Part shown: positions 41,101-50,790 of the stretch, piece by piece
Layout: the number at the start of each line of letters is the position of its first letter
How positions within the stretch are numbered: the first letter of the stretch is position 1
Assembly (NCBI GenBank): GCA_040954595.2
Contig: CM082585.2
Span: forward strand, 2,882,902-2,946,901
Source of the DNA: Balanoglossus misakiensis
Lineage: Eukaryota > Animalia > Hemichordata
Reading direction: 5' to 3'
DNA: 64,000 nt
Notes under the pieces: model-generated
Database searches by the model: none
Told to the model about the DNA's origin: nothing
Seen by the model: only the letters and a program-made list of their open reading frames with translations
Translations under genes and position numbers: made by a program

Positions 41101-44100
41101 ATGGTACTAACAGTAAGGTACAGGTGGAAGTGTGCTGCTTTGTAAACTACAGTACACAAATGTTCTCTCAATCTAATATGTCTATATATTATTTCTACTT
41201 TTAAAGGGACAAAGTCTCTCTCTCGCTTCCCTTTTTGCAAGAATTATGTTTGATACAAAACAAGGTTTATGTTACTCTACATGTGGATATATAGTGAATC
41301 AACGTTCGACCACACACAACTTCCACCCCGCTTGCAGACACGAGAGTGAAAAACTCGCCAAAATGAATAATCGTTCTTTACCATTTATTCATTTTGGTGA
41401 GATTTTTACTCTTATATCCTACGAACAGGATGGAAGTTGTGTGTGGTCGAACGTTGATTCACTATATATCCACATGTAGAATAACATCAATGGTGTCTTG
41501 TCTCAAACATAATTCATGGAAAAAGGGCTGCGAGAGAGAGACTTTGTTCCTTTAAAACTGAAACATTATTCATAAACTTTATATTGCAGTGAGTAACCCT
41601 TTCTTCAGAAAACAATACCAATGTGCTGCCTTTCTGTTGTCTGGGAGAAGTGTTAATAAAATCACTTGTACAGTTTGGCTGTGGTCAACTTCGTTTCTTA
41701 TTGTTGTCATGTCACTGGACAAAGTGGTTATATGGTGATTATTACTCTAATTAACAGACCTCATTCCTAGAAACGTGTGTATATTATATCAGGTGTAGTT
41801 GTCATATCATCAAAATATGAAAGAGATTGAATATCAGGACTATTGGGATATGTTAAACATGAAAATTTTATTAAACACGTGTAACTCACATCATTTCGGC
41901 TCTTCTATGGTGGAGTCGAATAGAGTCTGAATGGTGGACTATGGGGGCTATGTCAAATATCACCAGAATTTTGTCATCTGTATCAGTAACATACTGTACC
42001 ATATAAAATGGGCAATGTGGTTTAGCATGTACATTTTTTAGCATGTACAAAATGTACATGCAAATGTACATGTTGTGGTGTCGAGTTCGTCAGAGGCGGA
42101 CAACAAGTTATATGCGTGTTGCACATGAGTCAACTAAACGACAAAGATACAAACTGGTCGTCACCAGGCATCATGGGAAAACAGCCATGCAAAGTTACTT
42201 ATATGTTTAACGAAATGTCCAAACACAACATATTGGCTCCTCCAGCATGATACGCTTTTCAGAACGACTGTCATGAACACGAATAAACATGAACTTCATA
42301 AACATCAAAAATTTGCAAACTCTGAGTCAAAGCTAGTGTCCTAGCCAGTTCAAAACTCAAACATGTCTATGTCCATATCAAGAGAGATCATAGTCATTCA
42401 AATAGGCTGGCAGACGGACGGTACGTCTTGTCCTGGAGGTTGCTCTGATTTCACATCACACGTTGCAGTGGATGTCGAACAATGATAATCGTCGGATATT
42501 CCATTTTGTTCCATCATCCAGTTTGAACGTTGACGTCCCTAGTTGTCTGACTATACGGTGAGGTTGAGATAGCGAAGTTGATAATTTGTGGCTGCGGTTG
42601 GGTCGCTTAATTCTCACGTAGTTTCACATCAGTATACGTCTTGATCTTTTCCTGACGTTGCTGAATCTGTGATTTCAGTTTTTGTAAACTTAAGTCACGC
42701 AACACTTGAGATGTAAACAGAACTTTTAATTTATTTATTTATTTCATCTTTATTTCAGATTATAAAATAATCCATAGCAAAACAAAACACCATAAAAAAA
42801 CATCAAAACAATCGTCTACTCCAAACCTTCCAAAGTCCACTATTTGAGAACACTGATAGTGATAAAACACTGGCTACAAGTGGATTACTTGAGAGGTGGA
42901 GTCTGCTTAAAAAGCTTAAAGATTTTTTCCGGAGTATTTCATCAAAAGTTAAAATGGAACGATTAACAAACATCGCACTGTTGCTCTGAATAAAAGAATG
43001 TTTAAAACCAGACAATTTACGGAAAACCTGGGAGTAAGCTCTCCTAACTGCATTAAAAATACACACAGAAAAAGCACTCCATAAGTAAGAGCAATACGGG
43101 ATATCACAAAATACAGAAAACAAATGACATTTAACAGAGATAGACGCAAATTTAAAATCACGAATAATCGCATTACCGCGAACATAAAAATGTCGCGTTT
43201 GAGCTAGAATGTCCTCATTATCCCTAAGGTCACAAGTGATAAGGTGACCAAGATATTTATACACATTGACATAATTCAGCATTCGGCCGTTCAGATTTAA
43301 TGAACTTTAACATTAAATAACAATATATACTCAGTACATCTCCTCCAACAATCTACCTCAAAATACATCTTATCTGAATAAACAACGCACCAAGCAAAGG
43401 ACAATAAGGTCGTAGGGTCACATGATAGCGCCCTCTGTGTTGCGTGACTACAATTTTTGTAAACTTATATCACGCAACACTTGAGATGTAGTCAACAGAA
43501 CTTTTAATGAACTTTAACATTAAATAACAATATAATGCCTAAATGGAGAGTCTTTCACTTTTCTACGTTCTGACAGTTCCTAAAGTTATATAGTTGCAGT
43601 ACATTGTCAGTGTAAGTTGTAGGTGTCTTACTATGGACATAGTGATCAAAGAAAGGTGATCTTGTTTTCCATCTCCCTACTTTCATTACTATCTCTGGGT
43701 CAAAGTTTGTTGTGATAGCTATAGTTGCCGCTGTAGGTCTCAAGTCCTTTGCATTATAATCACTACCTAAGCCAGCTAACTGAATAGCATCATTTAATAT
43801 TCTAATATCCTCTGTGTTGCGTGACTACAAATCAATGGTCTTCTGTGTCTGAACATCTGTGGGTGGTTTCAGCTGATCCAGTGGTAAACGGAGCTGGTGG
43901 TTTATCATGAGTTCAGCTGGTGATTTCTGAGTAAGCGCGTGTGGTGTTACTCGATAGTTCTGCCATATTGTGCGGATACTCTTAGCGAACGGTTTCCCTT
44001 CGACGAGGCTTGTCTTCAAACCTTCTTTGATGGTTGCATTTAGACGTTCTACGCCGCCGTTGCTCTGTGGGTTGTATAGCTGTTAAGTTGTGCTTAACAC

Positions 44101-44783
44101 CAAGAAATTAGAGATAGGACTCAAATTCGTATGAAGTGAATTGTGGTCCGTTGTACGTGAATAGAACACAGTTTAAAATCCTACTGGCGGTGGCATAAAA
44201 TTGCGCTACTTTAGAAATTCTAGAACACATTTGCACAAGCTCAGTGAGCATATTCTGGATCAGTGAGCAATGAGGCCCTGGAACTGGCATGATTTATTCC
44301 CAACAACGGATTTAAAATAATGAAATTGTTTATCTTTATCATGCAAAATCATATTATAATGAGGTTATAAACAGTGTGCTTGGATATTTGGTACAGATAT
44401 AAGTTCTCTCAGGTGAAAATTAACATATTTGGTAGGAAATAATCACCGAGCGAAGCAAGGTGATTATTTCACCCAAATATATGCTGGCTGTTTATAACCT
44501 CTAAAAATTGTATTGGCTAAGCTATAGTATAATCATCATTTAATGATCTTTATTGATGATGATGCTGAAGGTTTTTGAATCTGTTCAAAAATATTTTAAA
44601 GGCTTGAATTTAACATTTGTGCAGTACAATCTGGTAACCTGGGGCAACTTTAGTTAGTAACTCTGAAAAATCTATCATGTTTTACCAACTCTTCTATTTT
44701 TTCCTTACAGGTTGGAGCAAACTGTACTTCAGCTTGATGAAACTGTCTTCATTCTGAATAGTTTTATACACATGGTTGTGTAG
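11053..44783 (+). CDS. POLR3C: RNA polymerase III subunit RPC3/RPC62, 12 coding exons, 536 aa
   Basis: Exons 11053-11199, 13706-13833, 14760-14893, 16746-16925, 22515-22618, 32855-32959, 36811-36984, 37288-37339, 37698-37825, 39640-39875, 40662-40811, 44711-44783. All introns are GT-AG, phases are consistent, and the total is 1611 nt. Peptides match recalled POLR3C: LLLREHYGEIVE, KALCVLIQHN, GIYWSVNHERFHQH, GESGGGMY, ERFGSKCFRIFRLL, QEIPRTPDHAPSRT. Confidence 0.95.
11523..11615. mobile_element. 93-bp hairpin MITE (short member of the 11848 family)
   Basis: Same TAGCTCTGCGTGGCAGGGCTGTGTTGTTAC termini; TSD degenerate. Confidence 0.75.
11848..12379. mobile_element. 532-bp foldback MITE, AcademH-like
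   Basis: Near-perfect inverted arms of ~230 bp; TAG...CTA termini; 9-bp TSD TGATGTGGC (11839-11847, 12380-12388). Confidence 0.8.
13706..13833 (+). CDS. POLR3C: POLR3C exon 2
   Basis: tttcttgcag|IRKALCVLIQHNIV...RGIVEYQAE...|gtaagc. Confidence 0.92.
14760..14893 (+). CDS. POLR3C: POLR3C exon 3
   Basis: tttttcag|YIFCTKTLFGDAGEIIVEELLQNG...|gtatta. Confidence 0.92.
14937..15380. repeat. multi-hairpin non-autonomous element with TATAAT/TATAGT cores
   Basis: Nested inverted repeats aacacctattgcctggcc/ggccaggctataggtgtt and acctcatgctaa/ttagcatgaggt, separated by tataat. Confidence 0.6.
15737..15821. mobile_element. 85-bp piggyBac-type MITE
   Basis: TTAA|CCCTTTCAC...GTGAAAGGG|TTAA; a partial relative starts at ~44957. 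Confidence 0.75.
15847..16656. mobile_element. Tc1/mariner (pogo-like) MITE
   Basis: TA|CCGTAAATTCTCGCAAT...ATTGCGAGAATTTACGG|TA. Confidence 0.8.
16746..16925 (+). CDS. POLR3C: POLR3C exon 4
   Basis: ttcccag|...FIDLVNTHFVQR...DLYEIP...|gtaaga. Confidence 0.9.
18020..21430. mobile_element. long-TIR DNA element with 5-bp TSD (hAT5- or Transib-like, unassigned)
   Basis: CAGTCGCATCGATGACCC termini; TIRs of ~420 bp, the right one split by the 19652-21145 insertion; TSD CCAAA (18015-18019, 21431-21435). It sits inside a hairpin element spanning ~17817-21556. Confidence 0.8.
19652..21145 (-). mobile_element. Helentron-associated (DINE-1/HINE-like) element
   Basis: Terminal stem-loop gggtttcgagacc/ggtctcgaaaccc, (AAT)n microsatellite, 237-bp central tandem repeat (19881, 20118, 20355), a subterminal gggtttcgagac copy and a short gctgtgaacagc hairpin at the other end; inserted in an A-run. 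Confidence 0.75.
21822..22179. mobile_element. Kolobok-type palindromic MITE, family A
   Basis: TTAA|AGGGACAAAGTCTCTCTCT...AGAGAGAGACTTTGTCCCT|TTAA. Other copies at 41205-41551 and ~59400-59651; partial copies at ~12660 and ~36617. Confidence 0.85.
22515..22618 (+). CDS. POLR3C: POLR3C exon 5
   Basis: tttctatag|GQSQTHKRKRSIDEE...TKRQR...|gtaaga; basic NLS-like segment; phases fit both neighbours. Confidence 0.85.
24974..26230 (-). CDS. tyrosine recombinase with N-terminal CxxC...CxxC and ALOG-like domain
   Basis: Catalytic R (GDRAGD), K (GKT), HxxR (HGCR), W (HIGW) and Y (HHY) are all present; begins at acceptor tctcctatccacag|ATT. Confidence 0.92.
   Translation of the reverse strand: MLCWMCGVRNDEQQTQCQMCSTLLAPIKPPRNHTKIVNTPNLLAIDQRMHEVLGHRSPYEIQKDRIIQQLESFMSAVPGQVGLAGVKPEHIVKFLIYKDKDAKTQVHQDICDYYGREGHMPCQCPKRLTSGTLKNMVSKMSAFFQQLPRDNPTKSIMVERYIKKMSEEQAKAHVMPKQAKPLFLQKMKLIFGHILNKLARATTIGQIYILARDITFFKVLMFSGDRAGDLGNVKTQEILRFPDNSGFIFNHTYGKTLRGATSNMFAIKRCIDVGICPVYAIEQYITLAERIGINLRRGHMFRPTTPSGEVDQRPLSSQAVYGRLKTYLQELNLDQGETPHGCRSACAISLSLAGAQVDDLLRHIGWKSKDMAHHYTKLSQVSAAQGPAEKLRKTVDMNTVLTQEYEQANKLTGFSQAF
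26369..27821 (-). CDS. RT C-terminus + RNase H + DIRS-type methyltransferase-like domain
   Basis: NTLPFGW...YIDD (RT); STDASSYKWG, KEAEA, VDS, NKADAPSR (RNase H); DAMANSSNTKLPRF...IYPPF...VIVP (MT). Confidence 0.92.
27822..29237. mobile_element. hAT5-like non-autonomous element interrupting the RT
   Basis: TIR CAGGGCTCGAAATTCG; subterminal ggtagccc/gggctacc repeats; 5-bp TSD TATAC. An internal inverted pair cagtgttttctccagga (27969) / tcctggagaaaacactg (28971) suggests a nested element. Confidence 0.8.
29238..29954 (-). CDS. reverse transcriptase, N-terminal part
   Basis: DIRS-type RT motifs (LHNHVEFW, IVMPITIEPTKPRLCIDMRFLN, DDKSGYDHI); begins at acceptor ttccctttgtgttctcttgcag|TTT. Confidence 0.88.
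30157..30624 (-). CDS. Gag-like protein with CCHC zinc knuckle
   Basis: C-terminal CYVCGLPGHFARSC; begins at acceptor ttcttgctatattttag|GTG. Confidence 0.85.
   Translation of the reverse strand: MKRQPTELQRQMEQMVQSSGTASVDEALQKVMDLAHNPSVTSRSQLLSALRALVDRATSIGHSKLHRYRAVLSQFESNDFGDEAGRLIVLLLGNKEEAEIASKVNKFMQHAKSRPAPYNRPRWRGGDQYRGNRDGKCYVCGLPGHFARSCDKKKE
30821..31058. repeat. ~26-bp minisatellite, ~9 copies
   Basis: ataatcgggcctacacgccccacgac repeated in tandem. Confidence 0.9.
31728..32006 (-). CDS. retrotransposon leader exon (93 codons, low-complexity A/T/Q-rich)
   Basis: First ATG after A1; MASNGTDQ...AGETE ends at GAG|GTAAAT (phase 0), after which the frame turns into T-rich intron-like sequence. 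Confidence 0.7.
32030..32159 (-). promoter_or_regulatory. A1 repeat with putative element promoter
   Basis: TATATATA at ~32077-32085, about 70 nt upstream of the ATG at 32006; ATGCTAATGAG and ATGAATATTCAT POU/octamer-like sites just upstream. Confidence 0.55.
32855..32959 (+). CDS. POLR3C: POLR3C exon 6
   Basis: ctccag|VAADNGIYWSVNHERFHQHIRDQ...VDK|gtgagt. Confidence 0.93.
34524..36337. mobile_element. Kolobok-derived foldback element with ~645-bp arms
   Basis: TTAA|AGTGAACCGACACC...GGTGTCGGTTCACT|TTAA. Arms carry a degenerate THAP-like start (MAGCLASG..NR...VPDP...RAEKW); the centre has FLYEPEY and CGKCEVISTVKECRCCHEI remnants. Confidence 0.85.
36811..36984 (+). CDS. POLR3C: POLR3C exon 7
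   Basis: aatag|IAGEVVRTMLRISE...DQYLKLLADDQ|gtactt. Confidence 0.92.
37288..37339 (+). CDS. POLR3C: POLR3C exon 8
   Basis: ttttcag|MEIVNKCGESGGGMYAI|gtatccttt. Confidence 0.92.
37340..37697 (+). other. U12-type (minor spliceosome) GT-AG intron of POLR3C
   Basis: 5' splice site GTATCCTTT; branch-site-like TTCCTGAC about 10 nt before the AG; no polypyrimidine tract. Confidence 0.88.
37698..37825 (+). CDS. POLR3C: POLR3C exon 9
   Basis: NIYKAIKVL...ESVVQERFGSKCFRIFRLLLLKKHLEQKQ|gtgaga. Confidence 0.93.
39640..39875 (+). CDS. POLR3C: POLR3C exon 10
   Basis: tgccag|VEEFAMIPAKEAKELLY...PDHAPSRTIYLFSVN...ENK|gtaagt. Confidence 0.93.
40662..40811 (+). CDS. POLR3C: POLR3C exon 11
   Basis: caccag|RLLEKSQRVEAI...EEMITPPERAQL...|gtaagt. 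Confidence 0.93.
41205..41551. mobile_element. Kolobok-type palindromic MITE, family A
   Basis: TTAA-flanked copy of 21822-22179. Confidence 0.85.
42683..43452. repeat. LTR-like unit (TG...CA) containing a LINE fragment; partial copies at 43458-43535 and 43809-43829
   Basis: tgta...agtcacgcaacac / gtgttgcgtgactaca termini. Confidence 0.6.
42731..43295 (-). mobile_element. 5'-truncated LINE 3' fragment
   Basis: RT C-terminus YKYLGHLI...; (AAAT)n tail; TSD TTTAAT at 42725-42730 and 43296-43301. Confidence 0.85.
43555..43800 (-). pseudogene. tyrosine recombinase C-terminal fragment
   Basis: AKDLRPTAATIA...VMKVGRWKT...FFDHYVH. Confidence 0.75.
44711..44783 (+). CDS. POLR3C: POLR3C exon 12 (terminal)
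   Basis: ccttacag|LEQTVLQLDETVFILNSFIHMVV*. Confidence 0.9.
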
Positions 44784-44833
44784 CATGAATCAATGTGTCT
44801 GTATCCTGCATAATTATTTTCACCTTTCTCTTC

Positions 44834-44839
44834 AATAAA
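44834..44839 (+). terminator. probable POLR3C polyadenylation signal
   Basis: AATAAA about 50 nt after the stop codon. Confidence 0.6.
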
Positions 44840-45392
44840 TTCATTTTGAAAACTATTTTAATGTTTTTGTCATGTCTTAGTGTATGCGGGATAATTGTTT
44901 GATGAATTTATGGAGATACAGGTGATCCTTAGCTCTAATTACCATTCTCACTTCCTTTAACCCTTTCACGGCAATGATTTGCTCCAAATCCATTGTTTTC
45001 TATGCATCTTATTAGGATCTTTCCATTGGATCATTGTGTTATTTTGGGGTGTTTTACTTAAGGTGATACCCACCTCGAAATAAAAACCTCGTCTGATCAT
45101 GTTGAAATTAATACTAATGATACTATGACATTTGATCTATGGAATAAAAATGGGGGGTCAACCATCTAGATTTTGGGAAAAAGTGCCCTCTATCTAGCGG
45201 TCTTTAAGCTTTTGCCAGTTTTTGTAGATCTTTGAATATTGCACGAAGGGCGCTGTTTACTGAAGTACCGTAGACGTCGCGTATGTCTGGTGTCTCCAAC
45301 TTTTCCCAAAAATTTCCAGTTTGTTGGCAATTGGCGGCTGAAAAGTTGCATATACGTTTACTTGAAGTAGAGAAGAAATAGTACAAGTGGTC

Positions 45393-46400
45393 ATGGGTGT
45401 TGCACTGACAGTGTGGCGGCAAAGAATTGGATGTTTCTCTCAGCCTCTGCAAGCAATGCTCGGCGGCCACGTTGGCACTGACAAGGTACCTGTGAATTCC
45501 TTTGTCTGCATGGCATTGTTCTTGACGCTTTTGACATGTGGCGATGTTGAACGCAACCCCGGCCCCAAAGCTCCAGCCACGGACAAGACAGAATCAACAA
45601 CGGACAGGAAAACACGACAAAGCAAATTAACAGAAGCAAAATTTGCCTCCAGCGGTGAAGATATTTTGCCAACTCCAACCCAAATCCAGAATACAGACAA
45701 GAATGCTATTGTCGACGAACTGAAAGCGTTTATTGACGCTCAGATGTCAAAACTGCACGTATCTCTCGAAGACAAGTTTTCCCAACTTGAAATAAAGGCG
45801 GAAAAAATAGCAGTGGAGCTGAAGGAAGGCTTAAAAGGTGTGGAACAGGAAATAGCTGCAGCGAACCAACGAATAGGTGAACTGGAATCTGAAAATACCG
45901 AACTGAGAAACAGACTGGACCGAATGGAATCACAACAGGATTATACAAATGGCCAACTTCGGAGAAATAATTTAATTATACATGGTCTGCAGCAAGATGA
46001 GAGTGAAAATTGGGAAGATACTGAAACGAAGGTGCGAGACTTCATTGACAAAGAGCTGGCACTGGAAAGTGAGAACATTGAAATAGAGCGGGCACATAGA
46101 CTGACCAAAGCCAAAACCCGTCCACAGCCAGTGGTGGCGAAATTTAACAGATGTAAAGGCAGGGATAAAGTTTTCCGAGAAAGCAAAAATCTCGCTCGTG
46201 ATGGACCGCTCCGTGTTTCTGAAGATCTCCCTCCTCTGATTCGAGAAAAGCGAAGAAAACTGGGTCCTTTCCTGTCAGCTGCCAGAAGAGACAACAAAAA
46301 GGCACATTTGCGCTACGATAAGTTAGTTATCGAAGGTGAGGTTTTTATACTTGATGTCACTAAGAAAGATCCTCATCTGATAAAAGTTGGTGATAGATAG
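45393..46400 (+). CDS. LINE ORF1: 2A-like motif, coiled coil, L1-type RNA-binding domain
   Basis: LLTCGDVERNPGP; heptad region; RRNNLIIHGL...IERAHRL...RPQPVVAKF...VSEDL. Confidence 0.88.
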   Translation: MGVALTVWRQRIGCFSQPLQAMLGGHVGTDKVPVNSFVCMALFLTLLTCGDVERNPGPKAPATDKTESTTDRKTRQSKLTEAKFASSGEDILPTPTQIQNTDKNAIVDELKAFIDAQMSKLHVSLEDKFSQLEIKAEKIAVELKEGLKGVEQEIAAANQRIGELESENTELRNRLDRMESQQDYTNGQLRRNNLIIHGLQQDESENWEDTETKVRDFIDKELALESENIEIERAHRLTKAKTRPQPVVAKFNRCKGRDKVFRESKNLARDGPLRVSEDLPPLIREKRRKLGPFLSAARRDNKKAHLRYDKLVIEGEVFILDVTKKDPHLIKVGDR

Positions 46401-46890
46401 GGTGTTGGCCGAAGCCCACGTGCACTACAACCACGGATGGAAATGAATCTTGGAACTGAGAACCTGCCAAATCCACCACTACAGAAATATGCGAAGGTTC
46501 GTGAGACTCTGGGTGCATCTGAAAACTATGTGTCGTGCATCCTGTGGAACATTAATGGTATACAAAACAAATGGAACAATTTTGATTTACTGAAGTATTT
46601 AATGAAGTTTGATTTGATTTTCTTGACAGAAACTTGGACATCAAATGATGCATCATTTTTGCTCAGAGGGTATGACAATTGCCACATTAGTCGTAGTAAA
46701 TTGAAACATTTTGGGAGATTTTCTGGGGGAATCAGCATTTATTATCGTTCAAATCTGGGTAAGGCCAACAGGGTCAAAATTTTCGAAAGTGACTTTACCA
46801 AGGATATTGTATGGGTAAAGTTCAGCACCGATTTACTTAAAGTCTGTTTTGGAGTTGTATATTTCTCGCCACAAGGTTCAAGTTCTTATG

Positions 46891-48337
46891 CCCTTACGAA
46901 AAAATAAGGCTTCTGGCGAACAGTTGTGGTAAACTTACCGCAACTTTGCGGCACATATACCGCAACTGTTTGCGGCGCACGCGCGGCTAATGCATATTTT
47001 CGCATGCAAATGAGCTGTTGCGGCGCACAGTTGCGGTAAACATACCACAACTTTGTGGCACATATACGGCACGTATGCCAAAACAGGGGTTTGCGGCGTA
47101 CATGCCGCAAATTATGCCCTTTGCAACTTTGCGGCGCATATACCGCAACTGTTTGCGGCGCACGCGCGGCTAATGCATATTTTCGCATGCAAATGAGCTG
47201 TTGCGGCGAACAGTTGCGGTAAACATACCGCAACTTTGTGGGTTTGCGGAGTATATGCCGCAAATTATGACCTCTTGTTAATACATGTAATTAATCCCTA
47301 CTGTGGCCCCTTCTTAGCTACCAGCCACCCGTGAAAAGAATTGCCAATCTATCCATTCTGTTCTGAAGTTTGCATACTTCACAGTACAATGTACATGTAT
47401 CTTGGTTCAGCAAATCTTAATTCTCATGTGAATTTGGTGTGTCATATTCATACATGTACTTCCCATAAGGAGAGTTATTCCAAGTATATTCAACAGGCTT
47501 AGACAAAACATCCTTTCTTTGTTAAATTGTGACCCTCATTGTTTATTTCAACAGCAGGCATTATTTTATAGTTATCTCAAGTGATTCAACTACCACAGAA
47601 ACCAACAAAATTTAGAAAACTCACTCAGCTGTATACATGTCATTGCAATGTTCTTGTCTCAAGTGTCCTCTTCCTGGTATAAATTGTCTTGGATCAACAC
47701 CAGAGTTTTTCTTTTGCAGACACTTTTCCATTTAGTCTGACTTTTAGTACAAGATTATGACATCATCCTCAGGAAATTGTTCAAACTACTGACCTCTGGT
47801 AATGCACAAATATCGCTACCACAGTATTCAAGTGAAGCAGCTTCCAGCTGTATGGATTGGTGACATCAAATTCATGGTTTTTGATGGGCACAGTGACTAC
47901 AGTGTAACCTTACACAATCAAAATGTCCGCCTAAATGAAACCAGCCTCATTCTCGTTTCTGCACATGTCACCAAAAAGTAATTATAACCAGCTGCATATT
48001 CAAACTCTGTTTACTAGAACGTTCTGGCATATATACCGCAACCGTGCCGCAACAGACTCCACTGATCACCAGATAATATCAAACTCCCTGTTTACTTTAC
48101 TTTTGCGGCATATGCGCCGCAAAAGGCTCCACTGATCACCAGTAGTACAAGACACTCTGTGTTTACTTAAATGTTGCGGCATACGTGCCGCAAAAGTCTT
48201 GACTGATCGCCAGAAGTGTGCCAGTACTGGCGATCATCGGCGATTAGTCGCCACAAAGTTGCGGTCAGAAATTTGCGTGCCGCACATGTGCCGCAACTTC
48301 GCCGCATGTTTGCCGCAAGAAAACAACTTCGTAAGGG
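46891..48337. mobile_element. CACTA/EnSpm-type (CCC termini) non-autonomous element
   Basis: TIR CCCTTACGAA; 2-bp TSD TG; many subterminal ttgcggc/gccgcaa repeats; removal restores the ORF2 frame (SSYADERN). Confidence 0.85.
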
Positions 48338-49995
48338 TGCTGATGAGCGTAATTTCGTTTATCTTGAAGATGACCTTGTAAATCTCTCCGCTAGGTTTCC
48401 AGACTTTAAATTCATTATACTGGGGGATTTTAATGCCAGAACGTCCATTGAACCAGACTACATTACATTTGACAACACCGGTTTTCTCCCCGTCACTGAG
48501 GAGTACGTTTTTGAAGATCACATGCCACCTAGGGTGTCAAAAGATAAAACAGTGAATTCATATGGGCATTTACTATTGGATTTTTGTAAGCACACTGGGT
48601 TGCGGATTGTTAATGGAAGGTTATTTGAAGATAAAAACCAGGGCTACTTCACTTGTTTAAAAGATCAAGGCGGTAGTGTAATAGATTATGTCTTGACGAG
48701 GCTGGTTAACTTTGAGATGTTTAGTTACTTTGCTATTTCTGACCGCCCTGAGTCGGATCATCACCCAGTCTTATTTAATATTAAGGTGGGGCAACCAGTG
48801 ACTAGGAGTATAGAGACAGATAGGCAGGTTGTTGAGCTCACAAAATACATCTGGAAAGAGGAGCACAGAGACACCTTTCATTTATTTTGGCAGGGGGAGC
48901 TAGGAAATCGTTATTCGCATTATATTTCATCTGCACTTGACCATGGTAATATTCCTGAAGCAGCGTCACTCCTTATTGAGTCAGTACATATTTCGGTGGA
49001 GGATATGAAATATTGCTCACCACATTGTGGTGGCACTGGTGTTAATATTTCCAAGAGCTGGTTCGATCAAGATTGTACCAATATGAAAAGGGTTGTACGT
49101 CGGTCACTCAATCATTTTCGTAATAGTAGAACTGAAGATGCACTGAAGAAGTATACGGAATTGAAAAGGAATTATCAGTGTTTATTAAAAGCTAAGAAAA
49201 GGGCTTTTTATGATAATGAGAAGCTTAAATTTGAAATGTATAGTAGACAGCCGAACTCAAAACATTTCTGGTCACTAGTTAGTTCCAAAAGTACTGGACC
49301 ATCTGAAAATATTGGCAATGACGAGTGGTTTAACTTTTTTTCTAAACTTTTTTCTGAACCAGGTGCACATACGTCTCAATCGGATAATGATTTTATTGAT
49401 GACGTTAATTCTTTTTTAGAGGGTTTGACCTCTGAGGACGACTTTCAGGATATCCAGTTAGACTTAGCTGAGCTTGATGCTGATATAACAATGGATGAAT
49501 TGAATAACTCACTCTCCAAGTTGAAACCTAACAAAGCCCCGGGGATTGACGGGATCTCTCCAGAAATATTGATTAATTCTCCCATTCAACTTAAACATTT
49601 GATTCTTCAGATGTTTAAGAAAATTCTCAACACTGGCTGTTTTCCAAAGCAATGTGTGCAAGGGTTGATTGTCCCGCTTCACAAAAAAGGCTCCAAGGAA
49701 GATGTAAATAATTATAGAGGGATGACATTGTTACCCACCATTAACAAGGTTTTCAGTGATATAATTTATCAGAGATTGCTATCCTGGTCGAATATTCATT
49801 TTCCTCTAGTGGAACAACAAGCAGGATTTCGCAAAAAATACTCAACTATAGATAATATTTTTATTTTGCAAACCATTATTACAAGGTATTTATATCTGAG
49901 TGGTAGACTGTATTGCGCCTTCATTGATTTTGAAAAAGCTTTTGATCGCATTAACCACAGTCTTTTATTTTACAAGCTATTTAAAGCAGGGTGAA

Positions 49996-50790
49996 GATGG
50001 GTCCCCGGGATCTTTTTGCCCGTTGCTATGGGCCTTTGCAGGACATTACACCCCGATTTGGACTAAGCCGTTTTCATAGTCTAACAAGGGGCTGGTAACT
50101 AGTTGAAAATCTGCACGATTGTGAGCGCGCACCCCCTGACGCCATTGATATGCAAATTAGCTAGGTCAAATTTCAAAAGCCTAAGGCTTTTTATTCCGTG
50201 ACCTCAAAAACGAACTTGATACGTATTCATTAGTTGCTTGAACCAGGGAAGATCGTGACGGATTTTGTTTTCGAATATTATCGTTGTATCCTACGATTTC
50301 AGCATACCCGTACCACACCTGAAAAAGTCATCGATGTTGGGTGTTTTTGGACGCACTCTTCCACCGGTATCGCTTCTTAGCACGACGAAAACCGAAAAAA
50401 CGATCCGTCACACTGTGCGGAAGTGCGTTCTCAACAAGCAGGTCAAATTTGACTGGCGTACGTGGCCTATGAAAAAAGCCTTAGGGATTTTCGTGAACGG
50501 TACAAAATCTCTGTGTACAAAACATTGGATTTTTAGCGTTCGATCCAGTTACTGTGGTTACAGGACGCGCACGCTATCGCTGACCTCTGCTTTGCCGTAT
50601 AAGCGTGGCGGCCTATGGCCGGGCGGTAGCTGCCGTAAACATACTCGGACAGGGGGTGTGCACACAATCGTGTGTATTTTTAACTAGTTACAAGCCCCTT
50701 GTCGGACGTTCATAACGGTTTCGATCAAAATTGAGTGTACTGTCCTATAAAGGCCCATAGAAACGAGCAAAATGATCCCGGGGACCCATC
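49996..50790. mobile_element. Kolobok-type MITE, family B, in LINE ORF2
   Basis: TIR GATGGGTCCC; TSD TGAA/TTAA; removal restores KAG-LKGKVF; second copy at 59656-60441. Confidence 0.88.

Larger units (their letters stand above)
42480..44160 (-). mobile_element. degenerate Gypsy integrase, split by nested insertions
   Basis: YNPQSNGGVERLN...NYRVTPHALTQKSPAELM (43830-44080) and C-terminal VRIKRP...IVRQLGTSTFKLDDGTKWN (42490-42625). Confidence 0.75.

Noticed and set aside
50265-50687. 140-aa ORF and its 112-aa copy at 59925-60263
   Set aside because: Inside MITE family B; the stop position differs between copies; no recognisable domain.
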